From Centroscyllium fabricii (lineage: Eukaryota): 64,000 bases of DNA. This document shows positions 24,501 through 35,988 of this stretch, one piece after another; position 1 is the stretch's first letter; every line of letters begins with the position of its first letter. The DNA lies in the NCBI GenBank assembly GCA_051313645.2, contig JBNRSN020000005.1:335854001-335918000 (forward strand), given 5' to 3'. The notes under the pieces were generated by a model. The model worked only from the letters and a program-made list of their open reading frames with translations. It had not been told where the DNA came from and did not search any database. Both the position numbers and the translations under genes were made by a program.

Positions 24501-26285
24501 GGCGGTAGTCTCCGCAGGGGCGCCAGCCGCCATCGGGTTTAGGGGCAATGTGGAGGGGGGAGGCCCAGGGGCTGCTGGAGCGGCGGATGATGCCGAGCTG
24601 TTCCATGATGTGAAACTCGGCTCGAGCGATCTCTAGCTTGGCCGGGTCCAGCCTGCGTGCGTGGGCGTGGACCGGGGGGCCTGTGGTGGTGATGTGGTGC
24701 TCTACGCCGTGCTTGGCGGAGCGGGCTGTGAAGGTGGGGTTGGTTAGGGTGGGGAACTCGGCGAGCAGCGTGGCGTACGTGTCGGAGTTGCGGGCCCGGC
24801 AGTGAGCTGCCGCGTGGGTCTGGTGTGCTGGGGCTGTGGAGCACGGAATGGTCGACATGATTTGGATGTCGACCAGGCGGCGCCGGGTAACATCGACAAG
24901 GAGCCCGTGGGCGCACAGAAAGTCGGCTCCGAGTAGGGGCGTGTTAACCTGCGCGGTGATGAAGTCCCACGTATACCTGTGGCCTGCTAGTTTAATGGTA
25001 AGCTGGCGGGTACCGAACGTGAGTATCTCGGAGCCGTTTGCGGCTTCGAGTGGTGGGCCTTGGGTGCCCTGCTTGGATTCTGCGGGGGAGGCTGGCACAA
25101 TGCTGTGCTGCGCGCCTGTGTCACAGAGGAAACGGAGGCCTGAGACACTGTCTGTAACGAAGAGCAGCGCTCCGGAGCGGCCGACGCACATGGTGGGGCT
25201 GGGGCAGGTTTGGGGTTTGAAGTTGCAGGGCGGAACGCAGCGCTGCGCTTTGGCCTCAAACCTGGTATGGTAGTAGCACCAGCCAGTTGCCGCGGTGCGT
25301 GGCTTTTTGTGGGTCCGCGCGGCTCTGAGTTGGGGCCGGGGTTGTGGTTGGTGCTGCTCTTGTTGAGCGGCAGCGTGGCGGTGCATGGTGGCGCGGGTGC
25401 GCTCGGCCTTAATGAGCTTGTCTGCCTCCTGAGCTAGCTGCCTGTTTGAGAGGTGCTCCAAGACCGTCAGTGTCGGTCTGATGGAGGGCGACAGCTTAAG
25501 GAGGTAGAGGGCGCGCTTAAGGGTGTCTGAGTCGCGATTAAGCGCCTCGAACTGGGCCCACAAGTCGGTGGGGTCTGCATCTCCCAGGTCGGGGAGGTTA
25601 ATGACCTGGCAATCGCGCTCGAAAATGGTTGGGGTAAATTTTGCGAGCAGCGCGGCCTTTAGTGATTCGTACCTGCCAGCAGAAGTGTCTTCCTCGATGG
25701 TGTCCCACATTCTGTCGATGGTGGACTGTGCGAGGGCTGCGAAGAGCAGGCTGTAGCGGTCGTCTGCGTGCACGCCATGAATGCGGAAGGTGTTCTCGGT
25801 GTTGCGAAACCAAGCCGCTGGACGGAGCTCCCAGAATTGTGGTATGGTTGGGACCGGGAGGTAAACTTGGCCCCGTCTGCCTTGGCGTGCTGAGTCGGTT
25901 GCTGCTGGCATGGTGGTAGCGATTCGGCTGCGGCAGCTTGTCCCTCAGTCCTGCAGTGGCTGCTTCATTGTTCACCTGAGAAACGTCTCAGGTATCGGGG
26001 TCACCAGTGTTGAGGCCTGCAAGGCTGAAGGACCACGCTGGACACAGAGAGGTTGAATGCAGAGTTTTTATTAACTACTTGTTACAGCTAGGGCCAGGTA
26101 GGGAGAAAGAGAGAGAGCCACCTGGCTCTCAGATATTTAAAGGTCCCGCGGCTGGGGACGTCACTGCCGGCTGGCCACCTGGTGACGTCATCACGTCGGG
26201 GAAGTCCGTGCGTCCTCCGACGGGCGGGGCCGCTTTGCAGCCTTCCCAGCGCGGGTTCGTGGCTGCCGGTGGGCGTGTCGCCACA
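21506..26285 (-). mobile_element. Full-length CsRN1-clade Gypsy LTR retrotransposon (copy 1)
   Basis: 278-bp LTRs at 21506-21783 and 26008-26285 with no difference visible by eye. TSD ACGC. PBS TGGTGACCCCGA (tRNA-Trp type) at 25995-26006. [15 protein letters not shown] at 21784-21795. Confidence 0.96.
21992..25911 (-). pseudogene. Single-ORF gag-pol (CHCC Gag, protease, RT, RNase H, integrase) with one frameshift near 22800
   Basis: CYYHTRFEAKAQRCVPPC, FLCDTGA, YLDD, TDAS, HHCC zinc finger and IDLVGP in ORF 22657-25911. Integrase continues (TSDRGPQF, ANGLCERFHR, APYDGPF) in ORF 21992-23092. Confidence 0.95.
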
Positions 26286-26709
26286 ACGCATTTGTTATTC
26301 TGATCTTTAAATTATTTAGAAGAGGAACACCGGGGGCATCAGTCTGCTGAAGAAACTCGCTGGAGTTCGGAGGGAGCCGGAGGGTGCCGGACTAGGCCCC
26401 AGTCCTCAGGCCCGAAGTTCGGAGCTCGGGAATGTGATGAACCTTTTAGTGTGGTTCACACTGTACGATTATTGTATATACTTTGGGTTAATATATCTGT
26501 TAATATCTGTACATTTCTGTAAGGACCTGTACCGGCTGACCCCGCCTCTGGGTACTAGTATAAAGGTGAATGCTCCGCCCACTTATCTCTCATTCCGGGC
26601 AGGCTCATCGGGGACACGGTTCTGTTTCTTGTGAATAAAAGCCACATGTTAAGAACAAGCTGTCGACTTTGATTTGAGCTTCACAATTTTATTCACCAGA
26701 ATTTTTAAA

Positions 26710-29700
26710 ATGAACCAGCAACAGCCAGCAACTTCTGAGAGTTGGAAGACAGACCTAAAACCCCAAACTCTCGACCTCAACCCCCAGGCACCGAACGCGT
26801 CGAATGATTTCGAACACTGGCTGAGCTGTTTTGAATCGTTCCTTGTTGTGGCCGGAGTCAGCGATGCGCACAAGAGACGAGTCCTGGTCTCCTGCATTAG
26901 TGGCAGGGTGTATTCCATCATCAAGAGTGCCACGGAATAAGATGCAGCGATGGAACTACTGAAGGCTCGATACCTCCAGCCAGTCAACGTCGTCGATGCT
27001 CGCCAACTACTCGCCACGCGGAGGCAACAGCATGGTGAGTCGAATGAGGAGTACCTGGAGGCTCCTCAAGCTCTCGTTCTGTGCTGCGGATGCGCTCCTG
27101 TTAACGCCCAGGAGCACATGGACCTCCTCGTCCGTGATGCCTACGTGGCAGGCATCAGATCGGCCCCAGCTCGCACCCGCCTGCTCGAGCAGGATAATTT
27201 GTCCCTGAATGAGGCAGTGAAGCTTTCCAACGTGGTGGATGGGGCCCTCCGGAGCCTGGATTCGTACACGGGGCACGGCTCCCACGCGGTTTCCCCTGGG
27301 ACTTGGGACTCAAGTTCGACGCCCTCGACAGCGACCGTGGCGGCCACGGCGCCATCTGAACAGCCAACACCTCTGAAATGCTTTTTTTGTGGCCAGAAAC
27401 GCCATCCACGAAGCTCCTGCCCAGCAAAGGCGTCTTCCTGCTCCAAATGTGGCAAGAAGGGCCATTTTGCGAAGGTCTGCCGATCGGCCCCGGAATCAGC
27501 AAGGAAAACGGCAGCAGCCTGCGATGTCCACGCCACAGAGTGGCCTCAGGTACCTGGCGCCCCCCAACAGCGGCCCCCAGAACGATTGCTACCTACCTTG
27601 CCTCGGATGCGGCCTGCCAACGTCGTTTCCCACGCTCCGCCATCTTTGGTGGCGCGGGCGTCTTTCTCCTCGGTCATTTCCCGCACTCCGCCATCTATGA
27701 GGGCACGGGCATCTTCTTCGTCAGAACGGCGCGAAACACGGGCGCCATCAGGCCTCATGGCAGCAGCGGCAGCGTCCCAGCACAGGGCGCCGCCATCTTT
27801 GATGCGGGCAACTCGCATCCTGGTAGCAGAGGCCCCGCCCCATCACGTGACGCCGCCATCTTACTGCATCCTGGCAGCAGCAGCCCTGCCCCATCACATG
27901 ACGCCGCCATCTTTGTATAGGACAACTCGCATCCCGGCAGAAGCGGCCCCACCCATCACGTGACACCGCCATCTTTGTATAGGACAACTCGCATCCCGGC
28001 AGCGGCGGCCCCGCCCCATCACGTGACGCTGCCATCTTTGTGTAGGGCAAACTTACCAACACAGGCTGCAGCAGCAACAGGCAGCTTAGAAGAAACTACA
28101 ATGATCCTGGCAGCAGCAACAGGCAACTCCAGGGCAAATCAGCATTCTGGCGCTTGTGTGCCACGAGCCCTTCGGTCCTCCCAACGGCTTTCTCGGCGAC
28201 TCACCCAGCGGTCTTTCCAACGGTCCGAAACGCCACCGCGGCCCGCCGCGTGCGAATCACGGGCGCCGCCATCACCCGCGAACCCTGCATGGCACAAGGG
28301 CCCCAGCGCGCACACCACACTTGCCTCTACGGCCCTCAACCAGTCTCTCATGTTATCGATGATGCCCATCCGGGTAGAGGGGCACCTCACCCGATGTCTG
28401 TTCGACACTGGGAGTCTGGAGAGCTTCATACACCCTGATACGGTGCGCCGTTATTCCCTCAGGGTTAGGCCCACACATCGTAAAATCTCCCTCGCCTCCG
28501 AGTCCCAGACTGTGGACGTCATCGGCTGCTGTACAGTCACTATTACTGTGAAGGGGACGACATACCGCAACTTTCCACTGTACGTCCTCCCACAGCTCTG
28601 CGCCCCTGTGTTGCTTGGCCTGGACTTCCAGTGCCATCTGCAGAGCGTGATGATGGCGTACGGCGGTCCCCTGCCCCCTCTCACGGTCAGCAGCCGCGAC
28701 TGCCCTGCCTCACAACCACACTCCTCTTGCAGTCTGTCTACCTTGAAGATAGACCCCCCCTCGCTGTTCGCCAACCTTGACCCTGACTGCAAGCCCATTG
28801 CAACCAAGAGTCGGTGATACAGCGGGGGGGACCGCACCTTTATCAAGGCAGAGGTTGCTCGGTTGTTGCGGGAGGACATCATCGAGGCCAGTAACAGCCC
28901 GTGGCGGGCCCAGGTGGTAGTGGTTAAGTCTGGTGACAAACAGCGCATGGTCATCGACTATAGTCAGACCATTAACCGCTACACTGGGCTCGACGCTTAT
29001 CCGCTTCCTAGGATAAATGACATGGTCAATCAGATTGCCCAGTATAAGGTCTTCTCCACCATCGACCTTAGGTCGGCCTATCACCAGCTCCCCATCAGAG
29101 CTGAGGACCGTAAATACACTGCCTTCGAGGCAAATGGGCGCCTTTTTCACTTCCTCCGGGTCCCCTTTGGGGTTACCAACGGAGTTTCGGTCTTCCAACG
29201 GGAGATGGACCGAATGGTTGACCAGTATCATTTCCAGGCTACATTCCCGTATTTGGACAATGTCACGATCTGCGGCCATGACCAGCAAGATCATGATGCC
29301 AATTTGGACAGGTTTCTCCGTACGGCCCAGCGTCTGAACCTCACTTACAATGACGATAAGTGCGTTTTCAACACTAACCGGTTGGCTATCCTCGGCCACG
29401 TAATTGAGAACGGGGTCCTCGCCCCCGATCCCGAACGTATGCGCCCCCTTCAGGAGCTGCCCCTGCTGCACTCCCCCAAATCTTTGAGGAGATGCCTGGG
29501 GTTTTTCTCTTACTCTGCACAATGGGTTCCCCATTATGCTGATAAGGCCCGGCCTCTCCTCAGGGCTACCTCCTTCCCGCTCCCGTTAGAGGCCCAAATT
29601 GCCTTTTCGCATATCAAGCAAGACATCATCAAGGCAACCATGCACGCCATTGATGAGTCTCTCCCCTTCCAGGTCGAAAGCGACGCCTCAGACTTCGCTC

Positions 29701-31260
29701 TGGCCGCCACCCTTAACCAGGCAGGCCCGTCGCTTTCTTCTCCCGTACCCTACAGGGCCCTGAAGTCTGCCACTCTCCAGTGGAAAAGGAGGCCCAAGCA
29801 ATCGTGGAAGCAGTGCGCCACTGGCGCCACTATTTGGCCGGTAAACGATTTACCCTTCTTACTGACCAGCGGTCAGTAGCGTTTATGTTCCACCATAAAC
29901 AGAGGGGTAAATTCAAGAATGACAAGATCCTCAGGTGGCGGATCGAACTCTCCGCTTTTGAGTACGACATTCTGTACCGGCCAGGGAAGCTTAACGATCC
30001 CTCGGATGCCCTGTCCCAAGGAACGTGTGCCAGCGCCCAGTCGGGTAGTCTGAACACCCTCCACGCTAATCTCTGCCATCCGGGGGTCACCAGGCTCGCT
30101 CACTTCGTCAAATCACGCAATCTCCCTTATTGCATTGCGGAGATCAAGGCGATGACGCAGGAGTGCCCTGTCTGTGCTGAGTGCAAGCCCCAGTTTTACA
30201 GGCCTGACAGGGCGCACCCCATCAAGGCCACCCGACCATTCGAGCGCCTGAGTGTGGACTTCAAAGGTCCCCTCCCCTCTACCAACCGTAACTCGTACAT
30301 TCTCACTGTGGTCGACGAGTTCTCCCGTTTCCCGTTTGCATTCCCATGCCCAGATATGACGAGTGCAACAGTGATAAAGCATTTTATCATGCTATTCGCC
30401 ATTTTTGGCCTTCCCGGCTTTATACACAGCGACCGGGGGTCCTCATTTATGAGTGACGAACTGTGTAATTTTCTGCTCGTGAGGGGGGTTGCCTCGAGCA
30501 GAACGACCAGTTACAACCCTCGGGGGAACGGTCAGGTAGAACGTTATAATGGGACCATCTGGAAGGCCATCACCCTGGCCCTTCGATCCAAAGGGCTTCC
30601 AACCTCTCACTGGCAGGAGGTCCTCCAGGATGCGCTCCATGCTACCCGTTCCCTCTTGTGTACAGCCACCGGTTGCACGCCTCACGAGAAACTCTTCTCT
30701 TTCCCGAGGAAATCAATTTCGGGGACGTCTCTGCCGACGTGGCTTACCAACCCAGGGCCGGTTCTGCTTAGAAGGCATGTCCGTGGACACAAGACGGACC
30801 CTCTTGTTGAACATGTGCGCCTGCTGCATGCCAACCCTCAGTATGCCTACGTGGAGTACCCAGACGGGCGTGAGGATACCGTCTCGATTAGAGACCTTGC
30901 GCCCGCTGGAGACGTTCACTTAGAGTTGTTGGCGGAGCCCTTGCCCTCCCAGGTCACATTTTCACAACAGGGCTGTCTTTTCATTCACCTGCGCACACTA
31001 CATCGGGGCCCTCGTCACTCACAATGCACGACGGAGCTCATCATGTTGCTCAGCCTACTCTTCCGGCGGCTGCTACACCTCCACCAGATCTTCCTGTGCC
31101 TGAGGTACCTCTTCCACCGGTGGAGTCCCTGTTCACGTCGGGAGCCCCGTCAGCGTCTTTTCCGATTATGACTGCTCCCGCTTCTTCGCCAGAACTGACA
31201 CTGCCTCGCAGATCTACTCGGACTGTTAAACCCCCACAAAGACTGATAACACAGTGCTGA
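26710..31260 (+). pseudogene. Disrupted gag-pol of Gypsy subfamily B
   Basis: Gag with two CCHC knuckles, protease LFDTGS, RT IDYSQTINRY..YLDN, RNase H SDAS, integrase SVDFKGP..HSDRGSSF..QVERYN. Stops at 26938, 27961 and 28815; frameshifts near 27960, 29725 and 30960-31020. Confidence 0.92.
27630..28045 (+). repeat. 51-63-bp tandem repeat in the gag-protease spacer
   Basis: Recurring CGCCGCCATCTTTG...AACTCGCATCC..CCCCATCACGTGA, about 7 degenerate units. Confidence 0.85.
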
Positions 31261-31449
31261 TATTCGCCCCGCGGACTTGTTTTTAAGGAAGGGGTGAATG
31301 TGATGAACCTTTTAGTGTGGTTCACACTGTACGATTATTGTATATACTTTGGGTTAATATATCTGTTAATATCTGTACATTTCTGTAAGGACCTGTACCG
31401 GCTGACCCCGCCTTTGGGTACTAGTATAAAGGAGAATGCTCCGCCCACT

Positions 31450-31850
31450 AGGCGCCAGTCCTCAGGCCCGAAGTTCGGAGCTTGGGGGAGCCGGGATGGC
31501 GCCTGGACGAGAGCCAGGCCCCAGGACGCTGCTCCTGAAGTTCAGAGATCCGTGGATTCGGGAGAGCCGGCATGGTGTCGGGCCGAAAGAAGTCAAGTCA
31601 AGAGTAACATTGGAAGGAACAGCGGCAGGGCAAGTTAACGGAGCGGTAGAGGACAATTAACATAGTACTGAGAGGCCGAAGCAGGAACGGGACCCACGAT
31701 GATGGCGCCGGAGAATGGCTGACGTCTTGCGGGCTCCGTGCGTACCGGGCAGCTTAATGTTCTTGTTGCGCGGTGCATTTGGGTAGCAGTACGCATTTCA
31801 CTGTCTAGACTGTATTTAGGGCATGTGACAATAAACTTGAACTTGAACTT
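31450..31850 (+). mobile_element. GC-rich retroposon (host of the Gypsy B insertion; left part at ~26330-26432)
   Basis: AGGC.CCAGTCCTCAGGCCCGAAGTTCGGAGCT occurs on both sides of the Gypsy element; tail GTGACAATAAA(CTTGAA)n. Confidence 0.6.
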
Positions 31851-32122
31851 GTCCAAAATAGGCGAGAAACTGGGCACTTGCTGTTGAAAGTGTGTTCACG
31901 CCTCTCCCCTTCGGTGATTGCTGCTTTTTGTACAGCCGTTGGTGAGAAGCACTGCAGGCAATAATCTGGCGTTGTGTTTTGGTGTTGCCATCTGGCCGTG
32001 GCTGTGGGTAGCAGTTGGGAGATTTTGAACATTTTGGGTAGTCAAAATGCATTTTTGGAAGCCTTGAAAAATATAACTCCCTGCTCTTTATTCCAGATCC
32101 CTGTGCAAGGGAGCAGACTGGG

Positions 32123-32421
32123 TGTGGTAAACCACCATCTTGTATATATTGTATAGTGTCTCCCCCTTGTGTCCCCTCCTTGTAATTACTGTACTGTATG
32201 TGTAATTGTGACTCCTTGACTTCTTGTCTGGGAGGACTCGTCTGGGAGGACCCAGCTCCTTAGCTTCCTCTCCAGGCTCCGCCCACAGGGTATAAAAGTG
32301 CCAGCACACCTAACTGCTCTCACTTTGACTCTGAAGATCGCCAGACCTGAGCCACAGTTCTAAGTTAATAAAAGCCTCAGTTGCATCAAACCATCGACTG
32401 GTTGTAATTGATTGAGCATCA
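32123..32421 (+). mobile_element. Solo LTR (Gypsy A/B-related)
   Basis: TGTGGTAAACC...GAGCATCA, TATAAAA and AATAAAAGCC; flanks CTGGG / GTGGG. Confidence 0.82.
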
Positions 32422-32486
32422 GTGGGGGAAGATTTTCTCCCCTGATAAATGGAGCTTTAAGTGGTGCTCGGTTGATCAGAGTGTTT

Positions 32487-33140
32487 CAGCCGTGCCTCAG
32501 TGGGCAGCACTCTTGCCCCTGGGTCAGATGATCATGGGTTCAAGTCCTCGCTCCAGAGACAAAAATCCAGGCTGACACTCCCAGTGCTGAGGGAGTGCCG
32601 CACTGTCGGAGGTGCCGTCTTCCGGATGAGACGTTAAACCGAGTCCCCGTCTGCTCTCTCAGGTGGACATAAAAGATCCCGCAGCCACTATGTGAAGAAG
32701 AGCAGGGGGAGTTCTCCCCGGTGTCCTGGGGCCAATATTTATCCCTCAATCAACATCACTGAAAACAGGTTATCTGGTCATTCTCGCATTGCTGTTTGTG
32801 GGAGTTTGCTGTGTGCGAATTGGCTGCTGCGTTTCCTACATTACAATGGTGACAAAAAGTACTTAATTGGCTGCAAACATGCAGGTTAGGTGAATTGGAG
32901 ATACTAAAAATTGCCCATGAGATATAGTTCTTAGAGTTGGGGGTGTCGGGGGATATGGGGAGAGGGTAGGAGGGGGGTGCTGGGTTTGGATGATCAGCCA
33001 TGATCTCATCAAAATGGCGGAGCAGGCTCGAAGGGCCGAATGGCCGACTCCTGCTCCTATCTTCTGTGTTTCTGTGTAATGTGCTTTGGGACGTGCTGAG
33101 GTCGCGAAAGGCGCTATATAAATTCAGGTCCTTTCTTTGG
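32487..33140 (+). mobile_element. Deu-SINE with an inserted 5'-truncated V-SINE variant (32882-33076)
   Basis: Standard head, core and L2-type tail; insert ends (CTGTGTTT)n. Confidence 0.8.
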
Positions 33141-33339
33141 TCACTAGTGAAGGGTTATAATTGAAATCAACAACAGCAATATCCTCAAGCAATATTTCCA
33201 TGACACAGACTTGTGTTTACATTGAGTTTTTATCAATTTTCTCTGAAACATCTGAAGGCGCCTTGCGTGCAATGATTTGCTTTGAAGTATTGATATGTCA
33301 GCAATTGATATGTCTGGAACCAGAGCCATCCTGTGTTCC

Positions 33340-33612
33340 TTGAATATCTCTCAATGTTTCTTTATCTCCCCGCTTTCTATCCTGTCGCTGATCTTCCCTT
33401 TTGTTCTTTCACTCCCCCCTCCCCCTTTCCCCAGCCCCCACAAGTTTTAAAATCGATCCCCTCTCCTGTTTTTTCCCCAGTTCTGACGAAAGGTCTTCGA
33501 CCTGAAACATTAACTCTGTTTCTCTCTCCGCCGATGCTGCCCTGGCCTGCTGAGTTTTTCCAGCGTTTTCTGTTATTATTTTGGATTTCCAGCATCTGCA
33601 GTATTTTGCTAT
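33340..33612 (+). mobile_element. Penelope pseudo-LTR fragment
   Basis: ...GATGCTGCCCTGGCCTGCTGAGTTTTTCCAGC...CCAGCATCTGCAGTATTTTG, homologous to the pLTR ends at 33812-34150 and 35670-35860. Confidence 0.75.
33479..33515 (+). ncRNA. Minimal type I hammerhead ribozyme motif (Penelope)
   Basis: AGTT-CTGACGA-A-AGGTC ttc GACCT-GAAA-CA-TT-AACT; stems I and II pair, stem III palindrome decayed (ACGT to ACAT). Confidence 0.7.
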
Positions 33613-33811
33613 CGTAGAACTTGGCAAAAGTTGAGGACATAAATTTCACAAGAGTCCCATCGAGGAGTTTGGCAGCCTCTCGTGATGTTTCTCAAAGTAC
33701 TAATTCTGGGAAGCAGTAAAGTTCTTACAAACAGAAACCAGACATACGGTTGCCATCTCCTGGGGACGATTTGGGTCATTCCAATGAAACAGTTGCTGTT
33801 TACTTGACAAT

Positions 33812-35860
33812 CGCAAAATACTGCGGATGCTTAATATCTGAAGTAACAGCAGAAAGTGCTGGAAACACTCAATACATCAGGCAGCATCGAGGAGAGAAGA
33901 AGCAGAGGGGGTTTCGGGTCGAACCCTTCGTCAGAACTGGAAAAGGTTCGGGAGGAGAGATTTTTAAGCAAGGGGTGGGGGGAGGAGGAAAGAACAAAGG
34001 GGAAGGTCTGTGATAGGCTGGAAGGCCGGAGAGATTGACTGACAAAAGGGATGATGGTGCGAGACAAAAGGAGAGGTGATGGGACAAGTGAAGAAACAAA
34101 AACTGGCTCTAAATGAAGTGTGAATGATGATGGCAGAAACATTCACAGCTACCATGTGAGGAAACAAGAGAAAAAAATATATAACGAAATACAGGAGCCA
34201 ATTTATAGTCTGAAATTGTTGAACTCGATGTTGAGTCCTGAAGGCTGTAAAGTGCCTAAACGTAAGATGAGGTGCTGTTCCTCGAGCTTACGTTGAGCTT
34301 CATTGGAAGAGTGTAAGAGGCCGAGGACAGAGTGGGAGTGGAGCGGAGAGTTAAAGTGACAGGCGACCGGAAGCTCGGGGTCACGCTTGCGGACTGAACG
34401 GAGGTGTGTATCTGTGTGGAGTTTGTACATTCTCCCCGTGTCTGCGTGGGTTTCCTCCGGGTGCTCCGGTTTCCTCCCACAGTCCAAAGATGTGCGGTTA
34501 GGTTGATTGGCCATGATAAATTGGCCCTTAGTGTTAGGGGGATTGAATATGTGGGGTTACGGGGATAGGGTGGTATATGTGTCGGTGCAGGCTCGATAGG
34601 GATCGAGGGATATGGGGACAAGGCAGGGACAGGGTACTGGGTTTGGATGATCAGCCATGATCTCATTGAATGGCGGAGCAGGCTCGAAGGGCCGAATGGC
34701 CTACTCCTGCTCCTATCTTCGATGTTTCTATGTTTCTATGTTTCTATGTTCACCAAAGCGGTCACCTAATCTGCGTTTGGTCTCCTCGATGTAGAGGAGA
34801 CCGCATCGTGAACAGCGAATACAGTATATTAAATTGCAAGAAGTACAAGTAAATCGCTGTTTCACCTGGAAGGAATGTTTGGGGCTCTGGATCGTGGGAA
34901 GGGAGGAGGTAAAAGGGCAGGTGTTGCATCTCCTGCGCTTGCACGGTAAGGTGCTGTAGGAAGGGGATGGGGTGTTGAGGGTGATAAAGGAGTGGACCAG
35001 GGTGTTACAGAGGGAGTGGTCCCTTCGGAATGCTGAAAGGGGAGGTGAGGGGAAGATGTGTCTGGTGGTGCGATCACGCTGGAGGTGGCGGAAATGGCAG
35101 AGGATGATCACAGAAACACAGAAGATAGGAGCAGGAGTAGGCCATTCGGCCCTTCGAGCCTTTTTTGACCATTTTTTGATGAGATCATGGCTGATCATCC
35201 AAACCCAGCACCCCCCTCCTACCCTCTCCCCATATCCTCTGACACCCCCAACTCTAAGAACTCTATCTCACACACATAATCATGGGCAATTTTTAGTATC
35301 TCCAATTCACCTAACCTGCATGTCTTTGGGTGGTGGGAGGAAACCGGAGTACCCGGAGGAAACCCACACGAACACGGGGAGAACATGCAAACTCCACGCA
35401 GAGAGGACCCGGGCTAAGCAGGATTCGAACCCAGGAGCTCCTTATTGCGAGGCAGCAGTGCTAACCACTGCGCCACCGTGTCGATCCATTGAATGTGAGC
35501 ACTGGTGGGGTGAATGGTGAGAACAAGGGGAACCCTATTGTGGTTCTGGGAGGGAGGGGAAGGGATGAGAGCAGAAGCACGGGAAATGGAATGGACATGG
35601 TCGAGGGCCGTGTCAACACGGTAAAGGGGAATCCTCGGTTGAGGAAAAAGGAAGACATACCAGTAGCTGTTAATGTTGCTGCCATCATCATTCACACCTC
35701 TCCTGCCTTCCATCCTATCAAAACCCTTCCCTTTGTTCTATCCTCCCTCACCTTTTCCAGTTCTGACGAAGGGTTTGACCTGAAACGTTAACTCTGTTTC
35801 TCTCTCCTCGATGCTGCCTGACCTGCCGAGTGTTTCCAGCATTTTCTGTTGCTCTTCACT
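33812..35860 (-). mobile_element. 5'-truncated Penelope element (GIY-YIG end of ORF) with inverted pseudo-LTRs, interrupted by two V-SINEs (34405-34748 +, 35110-35480 -)
   Basis: FTCTSCNLIYCIRCSRCGLLYIEETKRRLGDRFGEH / SVRKRDPELPVACHFNS...RKLEEQHLILRLGTLQPSGLNIEF; pLTR at 33812-34150 (-) and an inverted copy at 35670-35860 (+). Confidence 0.88.
35759..35793 (+). ncRNA. Minimal type I hammerhead ribozyme motif, core intact
   Basis: AGTT-CTGACGA-A-GGGT ttg ACCT-GAAA-CG-TT-AACT, with palindromic stem III ACGT. Confidence 0.78.
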
Positions 35861-35988
35861 TGAATTGCATTAACTCTTGTGATGGTGGATCCAATGACAG
35901 GGGCATGAGGATGGGGAGGAAGGTGAGGTATTTTGTAAGTAGAGGAACTTCAGAGTTACTTTTGAAACAAAAATTCAGCCCACGTTTG

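Larger units (their letters stand above)
26433..31449 (+). mobile_element. Near-complete Gypsy subfamily B element; 5' LTR 26433-26685, truncated 3' LTR 31299-31449
   Basis: TGTGATGAACC...CTTCACA LTR, PPT AAGGAAGGGGTGAA, gag-PR-RT-RH-IN order. No tRNA PBS. No matching TSD because the right end is deleted. Confidence 0.95.
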
